A DNA stretch of 64,000 nucleotides from NCBI GenBank assembly GCA_046563655.1, contig CM102290.1, positions 2,914,001 to 2,978,000 on the forward strand, read 5' to 3'. Positions within the stretch are counted from its first letter, which is position 1. Every line of letters starts with the position of its first letter. The notes under the pieces were generated by a model. That model saw only the letters and a list, made by a program, of their open reading frames with translations. It searched no databases and was not told where the DNA came from. Below, in pieces: positions 1 through 22,234 of this stretch. This stretch comes from Yuukianura sp. NJ FZ-2021. Lineage: Eukaryota. The position numbers and the translations under genes were made by a program.

Positions 1-2258
1 AGTTTATGAATAGAAACTTGAGTGCTGAACACCAAAATCGCTTTAGGTGTTAAAGAATTTTTTGTTTGTAATAAAATCTTTCTTTTTTTAAAAAAGCCGT
101 TATAAAAGTAGGAAAAAGTAGTAAGTGTGATTTAACTTAAATTGGACTTGGCTAGAATGAGGTTGAAATCCTGGAAGGATAAAGGCTTCAAATTCATAGT
201 CTCCCGCAGTTCTATTCGGATGGAAATGAACCAAGAGAGGTTTGGAATCGATTTGTGTGGGGCATACTACTGCCTACGTTCCAATTTTTTTTTTTCGAAA
301 ATTTAAATTCCGCCGCTCTGCAACCACTACGACCACCACTATATTACAATATCCCACGCACTAATGAAATATTTTTTAGACTTTTTCTTTGCGTTCCCTT
401 TCCTACTTTTGTTCATTAATCGTAACGACATGGGAAAGGCGTCGAAAATGAATCTATTCAAAAAAAGGGAAAGAAAAAAAAGAAAGCGCGCGAGAGAAAG
501 TAGATTTTGAAATTGTCAAGGAACGTTTTGCATTTCCTAATCACATCCGTAGGACCAACTGCTGAGCCCAAGACGTTTACAAACCACACAAACACTCATT
601 CGTTTTCTTTTTTCATAAAAATCGACGAAAGAGAAAGTTCTTAGGTTTCTGGATTTTCAGAAATCCGGTAATCAAAACTGATTACTTATGCTGATTTCAC
701 TTTTTTTCGATCACGTAAAATATTACAGAAGTCTTGCAATCCAATTTCCATGCTTTCACTTTTAGTGAAAGTTAACTATTGACAAGCGCAAATTTTAAAG
801 TAATGGAAGCAGAGTGTAATTTTCCCAGCGCACTACAGAGATTTCGGTTTCTCGTTCCGTTGGACATGTTTGAAGATTTCGAATTTTCCCACACATTTTA
901 AAACCATATCCGCCTAGTCGGTTTGAGTCTTTTGAATGGGCGGAGTTCTGAGAATGTTCCCGCCAGTCTAATCCATTGTTTGGGTTCTGGGTTAGTAGTA
1001 ACTAGGAAAACCTAAAGTTATTACGAAAAGCCTATAGTGGTAGAAAGAGGAACAGACAAGATGGAATTTGGATTCCAGAGATCCCTAATCCATCACTTTC
1101 CCATTACTTAGCATAGAAATGGATCATCTTCTCAGACAGTATGTACTCCATACCACTTCTGTTTTCCTGCGAAAGTACCAGAAAAAAGAGGCGGAGTTTC
1201 CCCGATTTTGTTGTAACATGAATAATGAATTCCATTTTGGTCTTTTGGAGTATCGAGTTTTTGCCACCCGTGAACGGTAATCTGTCTTTTTTCAAAACTC
1301 AAATTCAGTTAGAAAAATTTTTTCTCAACCTAGGTTTTGAAGTTTCGCGTACAAAAAATGTATTTTTTGTTGCTTTTTTTTGTATTGGTTGAAGAAAGGA
1401 AGACCTGATGAGCTGTCCCATATGGTTCTCAATTTTAAAATTATTCTTCAACCATGCAAAAGTAATCAATCGAGGAGGGCTCAACTACCCAAACCCTGCT
1501 GAACATATTCCACCCTACCCCCCACCCCTCGCCCACCACCGAATGTAGTTTTCGTAGCTTAGTTTGGTAAGATGTCGTTCAAATTGGAAAATACTGCCAG
1601 CATAGACCGAGATCACATCATTGGAGAAAGCTTTCTTTGAGGAAGAAGAACGTCGTTTTGGCCCTCTAATCGCTTTCTTCCAACCCAATTCCCATGGAAC
1701 AACAATATTCCAGCTGGGACGACGAACGGAAAACTGAACCTAACTTTTTAAAGCCTCCCGCGCCGCCTTTTTCCCCAACATGGTTACAACCCACTTACTT
1801 CATAAGCCCATGTCACTCACTTACTTTCCGTTTTCGTCCTTTTGTATACTCTACGCTCCAATCCAACATCAAATAAAATTTGGTTTTCGTATAAAATTTG
1901 AAACGAAAACTTCAAAAGGAATAAATAGGGCAGGAGAGAAATGCTGTGGACTGGAAACGGCCCTTTGTCCTGTCATTAGAATGATTCACCTCAAACTCTG
2001 GATCTACATTTTGAAATTTTGATTCCCGGGATACTGAAAATTTTGTTTGAAAATTATGTAAAGCTTGAAAAGTTAGGTTATCCTGAAGCCGTATTAATTA
2101 AAAGTGTAATTGGCACCATTGAGACGGAAAATGAAGTGTGAATGGTTTAGAATTTTGGAGTGGAAATATTAATTTTGTAAATTGATTTTGTAATGTTTAT
2201 GCTTAAGCGAGGGGAAGAGTGATGAATATTTTCTAGAAATTTTTACCTTAAACCTTAA

Positions 2259-11901
<9,643 letters not shown>

Positions 11902-13738
11902 GAATTGAAAGCCCTGCCAGTCAATATGTCACAGTGCCCTTTGACCTCTGACCTTGACCTATACCCTATGCTGTCCGTTTGTCCTAACCCTCAGTCCAGC
12001 ACAACCTTCCTGACACTCCCCTCGCCCCGAATACTACAAATCCTAGTAATTCAAAAAGTTTTTAACTCATTGAAAAGTCATTGAGGAAACCAAACTTCGG
12101 AAATCGTGGGAGTCAATTTGAAAGTTCTTTTTTTGCCGCTACTGGTTTTGTTTGTGGTACTATGTGAGCAGTTTGCCTACCTAACTTTTACTGTCGCTGT
12201 ATCCAATTCGAATGTTTGTGCCGTGTGTCGTTCTATTTCAAGGGGAAAAACAAACAAAAACTTTTTCCGAGTTCGGGATCCCAAACTTTTACTTTTATGT
12301 TTCAGAACACATCAAAAAGTTTCACAAACAACAAAGGAGAAAACTTATTCAAGACATAATAACAACCAAGACCAGTTAGTTTCTCATGATCATGATAGTA
12401 TAACCTAGTCTTCTAAAAAAAAAACAAGTGATTTTGATGGATATAAACTTTTTCAAAATCTGTTTAAAAATTACACAGGTCTTGGAAAACAGGCAATTTC
12501 AAAGGAGTATAAGTGTCCCGGTTAAAAAGAAGTGAAAGCTTTAAGTACTTTGTGCATGGAATTTACGACTTTACGGACAAGGATTTTATTCCTTTTTTAA
12601 ATTGTTAGTTTTTAAGTTTTCAAACAACATTTTTTGAAATGGGTGCAACTGATCGTGAGTCTAAAAATTTCAACTTTTTAAGTTTTAAAGTTTGAACATT
12701 GTTTTCAAGTTCAGTCTTTACTTTTCAAGTTAGCGTGATCATTACATTAGCGATTGCAACTCCGCCTCCATTGTGTTTTGAGTAGACACACCAACAAAAA
12801 AAAAACTCCCGGATATTTTTGGAACACGGCGGGAACTTGTTTCAGTTTTTTTTTTGGTTTAGAAGTGAGTTGAACTTGAATCCTAAAAATTTTGATGATT
12901 AAATGTGATAGATTAAGAGAACTTGAAGGTGCGTTTACTAAATGGAAGTTTTAGAAAATTAAAAGTCAATGCCACAGGATTAAAGTGTGCCGAAACCATG
13001 ATTAATTAATTAATTTTTGCCACTTAATTTTAAAATATTTTACATTAACCTAAAACTAAACCTTCTCGTTCCTTGTCTTTTGACTAGAAACCTTGAAAAT
13101 ACTCCAGCAACATGCGGAAATTTTTAAAAATCGGAGGTCAATTTTTCGTTGAATTTTTCTAGTCAAATAGGAAAGTTTTCGTTTTCAAACAAAAAAATGT
13201 TTCGTTTTTTATTTCATTCACAAGTGGTAATCCTCCTCTCCAATCTCGTAGGATTCAAAAGTAATTATTGTAAAAACAATCTAACTAATTTAAATATAAA
13301 GGTAATTAACTAAAGTTTACTTCAACTATTTAATCCACTAAGCTAGTCAAAGAGGTAACTTTAGAAAGTAAAAAAAAAAAAAAAAAAAAGAAAATTAGGA
13401 TAAAAATTAAGAAATTAAAAAAATGTAAACAGAGAGCCCTCGGTTGGTATTGAACGTAAATAAAATTGGAATTTGAAAAAAAAAATTGAAACAAGTTTTT
13501 CTTCACTGATTTAATTTTTCAGCAGTTGTTTCACAAAAGTTGTATTATATTTGAGTAGTATTTGTTAGTTTTTTTATACGAGCATAGCACCAAGTCAGTT
13601 ACTGAACTTCAGTTGAAAGCTTGACCATAGCTGTTCTGTTTTTCAAAATTTCGAATTAAGCTATATTGGTTTTATTAACTGCGGAGTCTAAAGATCATGC
13701 GCCCAAACCTAATCTATTTTACAATTTGTGTTTCTAGT

Positions 13739-16700
13739 CTAAACAAATATTGTGTTGGATTTTGCAATTACTGGACTTCTTTGTCGTACGTCCAGCCCAG
13801 GAGTCCAGAACGGTGGTGGTCCATTTTCTTTAAAGCGACGCTGATAATCAAGACTTCGGTCTAGTTTTCGTTGCTGCAAAATTTCAAACCAATTTTTAAA
13901 ATTGCAAACCAATTTTTGCTAAAACTTGTTTTGTTTTCAACGAAAAATAAAATTAACCATTATTAAACCCGGCATGTAAAAAAGTTCTGTTTAAAATTTC
14001 AAAATTTTCTGAAAATTTAGTAAACTCCTCCGTTCTTGGAATCTACGAAGAAGTATATCAAAAATCAAACATTCCCCTACCACTCCTAGAAAAAAAGACT
14101 AATACGAGACGTTATTGACAGAATACGGGATGAAGCAAGGGAATGTCGTCTTTTTGATTTTTTTTTAGAAAAACTCTTTTTGAACTTTTCTAGATTGACT
14201 GAACAAAGTATCAGGAGCGTAGTTACTTAAATGCAAAGTGCATGAGGGATTTGAAGTAACAAATCGCTTTCCTATTTCTTCAATCCCTTCACGCCTTTCT
14301 CTCTTTTTTCATTTCGGATTTTAGCATTCTAGCTGCCGCTTTTCAAAAGTCTTAACGAGAACTGAGCAGTTTTTTTAAATTCTAATTGATTCTCAAAATT
14401 CAGAACCTCATTTCTCTTTTAAAACCTTAGGAAAGCAAAGGCAACTTTTCAACATTTGGCAACCCTTTGGCCATTAGGTCGAGTGTCGAGTACGATTACG
14501 TGACAAAACTAAACAAGTGGATGTTCCAGAAAAGTTGGAAAAAGTAAAAAAAACGTATGACAAGTACGAGAAATGGAGGGCTTTGTGCCAAAAATAGTTT
14601 TTGATTTTTGAAAATTGTGAAAACTTTGAAGTCCCTGCAATTTATTATTCTAAAAATTAGTTCAACTCACTTGAATTGTTTGGCGCCACTTGTCAGCAGC
14701 ATGTCTCGCAATTTCCATTTGTCTTTGATGTCTCAGTTGATGTTTTTTGTAAAAGATTTCAATGAGAATCAAAATCAAGCCACCACCAATTCCTAAAAAA
14801 GCCAAAAGAAAATCATGTTTGTCATAAAAAGCCACGTTGGTCATAAAAACCTGCACCAAAAATCGGTTAATCATAAAAGAATCGATAAAATTATAGTAAA
14901 TCTTTTCGTTGAAAGTGCTACCTGGAATATTGTAATAGTAAATCAATAATTTTACCAGCAGCGATGAGAATAAATGAATCCCTCATATTGTCAAGTCCTA
15001 GGGTTGTAGGAATACGTTCTTCATCCTTACACGCTCTGCTATTAGGATCCTTGAGATGTGGTTTTGGATTTATGATCCACTCTTCATCCAATTGTGCCAT
15101 AAAACTACCTATACAGTATTATCTACCTATTAGTACAATTTACACGCATCCATTTTACCTCAGTCGCTGAAAAACCACGGGAAAATGCAATTTTCCAAAA
15201 TTTCAGTCAAAATTCTAATAAAAAAAAGTTTACTTTCATGAAAATCCAAAATTGCGAGAGTGACTGCATTTGCCCATGGAGATCCCTTTTGAAGTCCAAT
15301 GGCGTATCCCGATCTTCCAAAAAGTTCACCCGAAGTAATCAACTCGCAATCTTGTGCTGCTTCATACTGAAGTCTCGAACTGTCCCAGATGAACGCCTGA
15401 AGTTTTCTTTTAAAAAAAAGAGCGGGAGATCATAAACCAAAGTTCAGTTATTACCCCAAAAAAATATGGCGGGAGAGTTTGAAAGAACTCAAGGGAAAAT
15501 TTAAAGAAATTAAGTTGGAGCGGGGAGAAAGTTTGAGCGTTTTCTCCGTGACCAATTTTTATGGAAGTACCGAACTCCATTATTTTCTGGAGTAATTTAA
15601 GTTACTCCAGAGTTAAACTAGAAGCCGTGAGGCAGTGACAGATTTATTGTTAGATGTCGGATCTGTTAAGGAGACTTAGGACTTTTTGGTCCTAAAAATA
15701 AGTGGAAATGGAGAAAACCGAATTTAATTGCAGACCAATAACTTGAATCTGTTATGCTACTGAGGAGGGAGAGTTATTAAGTGGAGAGTGTCGTAACTGT
15801 TAATGGCTTCCGCACTAAGTTCCACTCCATTAAAACTTTGGCCAAGAAACAAAAATGGGGAATCAGAATGAAGGGAAAGTTGTTCAAAAGTACTCAAAAT
15901 CATGAAGAACGTGATGTCTTTGGAAAACGTCTGGTGCATACCTTTCAATTTCGGAAATTGAACAAAAAAAGTTGAGAGAAAAGGAGGGAACGTTTTTATT
16001 AATTTTGTGGTAAATAAAACTTACTCGGCCTTAACGTCATCGATGGCCTGTTGAGCAGTGTCGTAGTTTCGACGCTCCATAACACGGTACATGTTGGACA
16101 GTTCCACTTGGCGCTTGAAGTACATGTCAACGGCACTTCCCTTCACCGTGGCATACGTAAAGTTTTCCGTGGGGTTCCTCAACTAAATACCATAATTCAA
16201 CTCATAAAGTAAAATTTTTAAATGAAATTCCATTAAGTTACGTCGAAATTCTAATCCAAACGAAGCTTTTCTAAAGAAAAGTTGGCAAAAACTTTTGATT
16301 ACTTTTCAAACCTAATGTAAATTTTTTAGAACATGGCTCAAGACTTTTACTTTTCTCGCTAACTTTCCCCTACTAACTTTCACCGCCGATTTTTTTTTTC
16401 AAAAAACTTACCCGATTGTCATGGATGCCAGTAAAGTCGGTTCTCGGTCTGTCAAGGACGAGGAAAGCTGCTAGATTAGCTGTGTACGAAGCAACCTAAA
16501 AAATTAATTTCAAGACTATGAATTTCAAAAATTCTGAACATGAATTATCAAAAATTTAAGAAATTTTGAACATAGTAATTAAAAAGTTTATAGAGAGGAG
16601 AAAGTGAAAAACTTTACAATAATCATTGCGAATCCTGCCCAGACAATTCCAAGAACTCGAGCAGCAAAACTCCGGGGAGTTCCTTAGACACCAAAATATG

Positions 16701-19700
16701 CCTTTTAGTATATTTTACATTATGCATATTATATTGTAGTATGTGCAATGTTCCCGCGGGATTCAAAATTCAAAGTCAGACGGCATTCTTCTGTTCCTAG
16801 CTCCTAAAACATTCTAGGTTCTAAAAGATGAAGTTGAGTCTTAATTCTAGAAAGTCGGAATGAGACTTTTGATACGGCGGAGGCTGCTTTTGGAGAAAGA
16901 AGATTAGAACTAATGAGAAAAGGAAACTGGCATAATTCTAGACGTTCCATTCCGCCTTAACGAGAAAAGACTTTGACGGCAGTGGGAAGCGAACCGCCGA
17001 CGTCTCTTGCTTTCTCTTTCCCAGCCCCGAACCAAGGATCACAAGCTAGCTTAGGAACGCTGTGTTCTAATAAATCCCAATTCGGCGATCCACAGTACGA
17101 CAGCCAAACGGAAATTAAAATGAATGGGATTCACACTTTCAAAGGAATTTGGGCTTGAGCCTAAATCTAGCCTAGCCTAACCTATCCCTATTAGGCATCT
17201 AAATGCCCTTGGTGACTTCACAGGTCAACACAAGATTAAATTTAACGTGGCCAAAATAAACGACTTGCAAACAATAAGATCCGGATCGTCACTTCCTGTC
17301 TATAATAACATAATCCAATAAGCGAAAGGATTTTGAGAGAAGCGGTACGTTATGGAAGGGTGCCTGTGAGCAAAGTTCCTTGACAACAAAAACTTAAATT
17401 TCTTTAACAGGTTGGGTACTACCTAGCTTGTTGACAGTAAAACGGAAATTTTTTTTTTCGCAATTTAGTTACCAATTTTAGTACCAATCCGAAAAAGTGC
17501 TACCAATTCGTATGGAAAATTTAAAAAATTCGGCTGTATTGTTATGACTACGATGCCCTGAAATGAAAAACACTCTTTTTTTTGCAAAATCAAAAAAAAA
17601 AGCATGAGGTATTACGCAACCTGTTAAAGAAAATCATTGCCAACAAACCTGGCCTTTGAGAAACTTTTTGGACAAAGTAAGGAACCTGCTTTGCTTTTTT
17701 TCAAAGAAATTTTCAGTTAGAATTTGAATTTTAAAATTTACCTTCACCAATTCCGCTGTTGAGCAGAACTCCCCATGCAAACCAAATTGCCGAGGAGAGG
17801 TTGAGTGCATCTTCTTCCGTTCCGTCCATGTTGGCCAAACGATATCGACCAAACGGTGAAAATCGGTCCAGGAGGTACAGAACCAAAGCAACAACATGCA
17901 CTGACACCATAACCAAAATCCATAAGTTCCCACGGAATGGTTGCAAAAAGGATATCAGTGTTGGTGCTTTTGGTTGCTAAAACATGAAAAATTACAAAAG
18001 CATAAAATGTTTTTTAAGCTTAGATTTTTACAATAGAAGTGAAAATAACTTACAGGTTTAACGAGAATAGTGATGCCTTGGTATTTGAATGGTTTACTAA
18101 ATTCAATGTACTGAGCACGCTCTGGATTTATTGTCAACGGAGCCACGATCATGTCAGCTCTTTCATTTACGATCTCTCCTATGAGTCCAGTCCATTCCTT
18201 CTTGGCTACAAAAATCATAAAAATCCAAAAGAGAAAGTTTGACTTGGGAAGTGGTGAGTTTTTTACTCAAAATTTACAACTATTTTATAGACACACTTTA
18301 AAAGTTTCTATAACAGTAAACATGGATGGTTTTGGATCCGAATCTCAAAAAGAGACAGGCAGTTCAACCAGCTTTCGTGCTTTCTTTTAAAAAAAAAGCT
18401 AAGCCGACACTATGCCTTATTTTAATTTTCAATTACTTTGGCTTCTTTTTTACAAGCCAAAAGTTTTATTTGAGTTAAGGCTGGTTCACTTTAGACCAAC
18501 TTTTATAACCTTGTCACAAAAAAACTTACTCGTTCCGTTTTTTGTTTCAAAACTTCCGAATTTTCCATCAGGAGAAAGGGCGAGAGACGCTGTAAAATTT
18601 TTCTTGAGGGCCAATTGCTTGAGCAAGGCTATGCAGTACCCGCGACAGCAGTACATGACTGGTTCAGCTTTAAAATAAATTAGTGAAATAGTTAATTGAG
18701 TTATCAAATAATGTTAATGTAAATAACAATTAACTAATTTTTGTGCATTAACTTACAGTCTTCAGTTGTGTTGTAGTGAGGACAGGGCTCCTCTTCTTCC
18801 ATTTTGCACTCACTGGCAGAATCCACTTTTCTTGTGAATACAAACGGAGCTTCTTCAATGGTCAAAACCTAAAAGACATTTACAAAACTTGCATTTTTTT
18901 TAAATTTTGGTAAGTTTTAGTAGTTATTTGTTTGTTATAAGTTTGAAAATTTGTAATTTCTTACACGCAAATGTGTAGGAATCATGAATCCTTCTGGTTT
19001 CACCGTTTCTCCACCAGGCCACACTACTAGACTGTCATTAATTGACAAACGCATTTCGTTCTTGTCCTAGAAAGTAAGAAAATACCAAGGAATCTTAATA
19101 TCAAGTTAATTAAATTAATTATAAATTAATTAAAATTACTCACTTTGGAAAAGAGATACTCTCCAACTGCTTCGAGCTCTCCACCAGGATAAATGTTGAC
19201 AACGTGGTACTCGGCGTTGATCCGATCTCCACTTTCGTCAAACGAGACTTTCCCAGTGGCTCCATCTAACAACTCCTGACGTTTTATGTATCTTCAAAAA
19301 AGAAACTGAATTAATCAAAAATTTCCAAATTTTCATAGTTTTTGAACTTTTTTGAATTACTCAAACAATTTTCGACCAGTATCCCAAGTGACGCCTGAAC
19401 TGCTGCAATCTCTAGGTGCTGCTGTAATGTTCTCGGCCATGTCCATTTCTTTGAGTGCTGCTGCCAAGATATGCCTAGACAAAGGAAAATGAAATTTTCA
19501 GTGGTAAAATGACCAAACTTTGTAGAAGTTTGAATAATTTGAGGTTTGGCGGTTACAAGCTGTCTTTGATGTGAGCTTCTTCGTTGTCAGAATTGAGTAG
19601 TTTGAGGCCAATGGCCCCTTGGGGTACGTCTGGAGACTGCAGCAATTGTTCTGTAACCAACCACACGTGACCACTCCCAGTCAGGTTCAGGTAACTTGCT

Positions 19701-21155
19701 GCTCGAAAAATTCCTTCAGCGTCGTTCAGTCTAAAATTAAAAAATAGAGACTTAAATTAAGACGTATTTTGAACAACTTTTTTTTTAAATCCGAAAACCC
19801 ACCCAGCATATAGCAGGTAGACACGAGCCTGTGCATTTCGAATTTCGGACAGCTTGTCAATGTAATTGTTCACACCGGGATCCAATTCTACAATGGATTC
19901 AACCTACCAAAACATTTCGAAATTACGCCATAAAAATTTTGTTAAATAATTTCATTGCTCAACTTCATTGCTCAACATGCAGTTTATATATTTTGGAAAA
20001 AAAAAACATAAAAGCCAATCCAAAAGAGCCATTTCCGAGCGAGCCGATGCCATAAGAGCAAATTCCCAAAGCGTCGGTTATTAAAACAGATTAAGAAACC
20101 TACCAACAGGCTTCGTTTTGAATAAAACAGCATAACATAATCTAATCAAGTTAATCGAAATGCTAACTTGAAATGCTACACTGTTGTTTTTCGATGTTCA
20201 GGCAATCGGCTTTTATGGCATGGGCTCATTTGGAAATTGGCTCTTTTTGAGTTGGCTACTATGTCGCTACTGTTACGGTATTTCTGCTGGTGTTGACTTT
20301 CAGTACCTTAATTTCAACATCGTCCTCCAAACTTTGTGCATTGGTTTGAAATCGTCCTAAAACGGAACGTCCATCCGTATCCGACGAATGGAGAAAAATG
20401 ACTTTTTGGTAATGAAAATGTTTCAAAATTTCGACCCAAACGTCTGCTTGATGCGAGTATGGTGGCACAGTGCGTAGGAATGAAACATGAATGTTCTTTT
20501 CAACAAAAAATTGAATCTCGTTTGAAAGAATTACCGAACTTTTTTTCAACATGTCAATTAGATATCAGTATTTCAGAAATTCTCAAAGCCGTTTTACCTT
20601 GTCTGAAAATGCTGAATCCCTTGAAGAAATCCCCATGACCGGGATATGGTAAAATCCTGACGTGTAAGATACGGCTGCCGGTGACAAGTCACCAACAGGC
20701 GGATGTGAAACTACAACTGCATAAACCTATAAAGCCGAAATCCAAATAATTTCAGACATGAAAATTTAAACAAACTTCAACTAATCATGACCTTGACCTC
20801 TGACCTGCTTTTTAATAAGGTGGTCGCAGACGTTGATAGCCGTCCGAATAGGATTTGGATCCATTGCAATTGGAATGGCGACGAGTGTAATGCCTTTTGG
20901 TACATAGTCTGGATAGAAGTTCAGTTGCTACAAAAATCAAAAGTAAAATTTTAGAAAAGTTATTCTAATTTTTTTAAAATTTGTATAAAATATGTAACTT
21001 ACTTGAACGATATTTCTAAAATGGAGCTCAGACTTGTTGTCTGACAGGACACCGCCAATTTGGTACACAATTGGATTACCGAAAGCTTGATTTACAAAAC
21101 TAACTAGCAAAAACAAAAGCTCAGAGAGCGTTACAAACAAAGGAAGGAAACACAT
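13739..21155 (-). CDS. Nmdar1: NMDA receptor subunit 1 (GluN1), about 20 exons
   Basis: Signal peptide at 21155. Motifs [54 protein letters not shown]2 [59 protein letters not shown] and ARHAADKWR. Last exon 13873-13739 (QRKLDRS...SNTIFV*). Confidence 0.96.
16975..17070 (-). repeat. Possible tRNA-derived SINE head or repeat fragment
   Basis: The minus strand reads ..cggcGGTTCGCTTCCcactgccgtca, resembling a B-box/T-arm. No full cloverleaf is visible. Confidence 0.25.
17371..17652. mobile_element. P-element-like MITE in an Nmdar1 intron
   Basis: Homologous to 3450-3700. Flanked by near-identical 8-mers cctgtgag / cctttgag. Confidence 0.8.
20012..20258. mobile_element. MITE-like inverted repeat in an Nmdar1 intron
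   Basis: agccaatccaaaagagccatttcc..gagccgatgccataagagc pairs with gcttttatggcatgggctc..ggaaattggctctttttgagttggct. Confidence 0.65.
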
Positions 21156-22234
21156 TTCTGTAAAACTACAAAAACTAAACTTAAAATCACTTTTTTACGA
21201 AATTTTAAATTTCAAATGAAAAAGGTCAAAGTCCATATAAAGTATTTGGGATAAGATATAGCACGACTACATCCAGAATTCCAGAAAACACCAACCTCAT
21301 CTCGGCTGAAAAGTTGATCTGGAAGAGGAAGATTCGGAGAATGCTAGAAAGTAATCGATATGAGGCTGCTGCTGTCGCATCTTTCACTCCACCGTCATCC
21401 ATTCCAAACCAAAACAAAAAAAAATCTGGACCACTTCTACACTAAACAATTGAAATTTCTATTTATTTTTTGGTGAATTTGTGCCAAAATTTACTAAACT
21501 GTGTGATATAAGTTGTAAATTGTAATTTCAATCAAACCTCACACAAAACTAAACTATTTACACATTTATGGTAACGATGAATCTCTAGTGAACAACGGTT
21601 TTGAAGTGATTTAAAAAGCTCTCTATGGTACATGTATCACAGTTGCATTTGATTCAAGTTGCTGCATCTGCTGCCATAAACTCTAAATTCCATTGCTAAA
21701 TTCAATTATTAATCTTCTGCGAACCCAGAATTTCCTACTTAGTTGGCCCTGCAAACCCTGTTGTCAATTTGAGCGATGTCAATTGTAAGCGATTAACTTG
21801 GGATGCAACCTTACACGCAGAAAGCATTTGCCAGCGCATTAAGACACTCATAATCAAATTAACGTTAAAGCTCTAGCTTTTGCATTGACTCAACGTAATA
21901 CTCAACGGTTCTTACAAATGTGCTCAGGAATTTCCAAAATTTCGAAAGGTGTTACCGTGAATTTTAGCAAAATTAAAAGAAATCCCATTTTTAAATTCAA
22001 TTTGTTCAGAAAGGAAAATCTAAGCCTCAGCAGGCTGAAAAATTTGTAACAGCGCATGTGAAAAACTTCAAGCTTACCTTAGAAGAGAATTTCTTAAGGA
22101 AATATTAGTCAGTACCGCAAAATGTGTAATAAACGATAGTGATGTTATACTACTGGGTGGGGTAAAGGTCAAAGGTCAACTGTAACTGTGAAGCAGTGAC
22201 TTACCAAAAGTCACTAAATTAAAGTTAGCCTTGT

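Noticed and set aside
16975..17070. tRNA gene
   Set aside because: Only a B-box-like motif is present, with no convincing acceptor stem, D-arm or anticodon arm.
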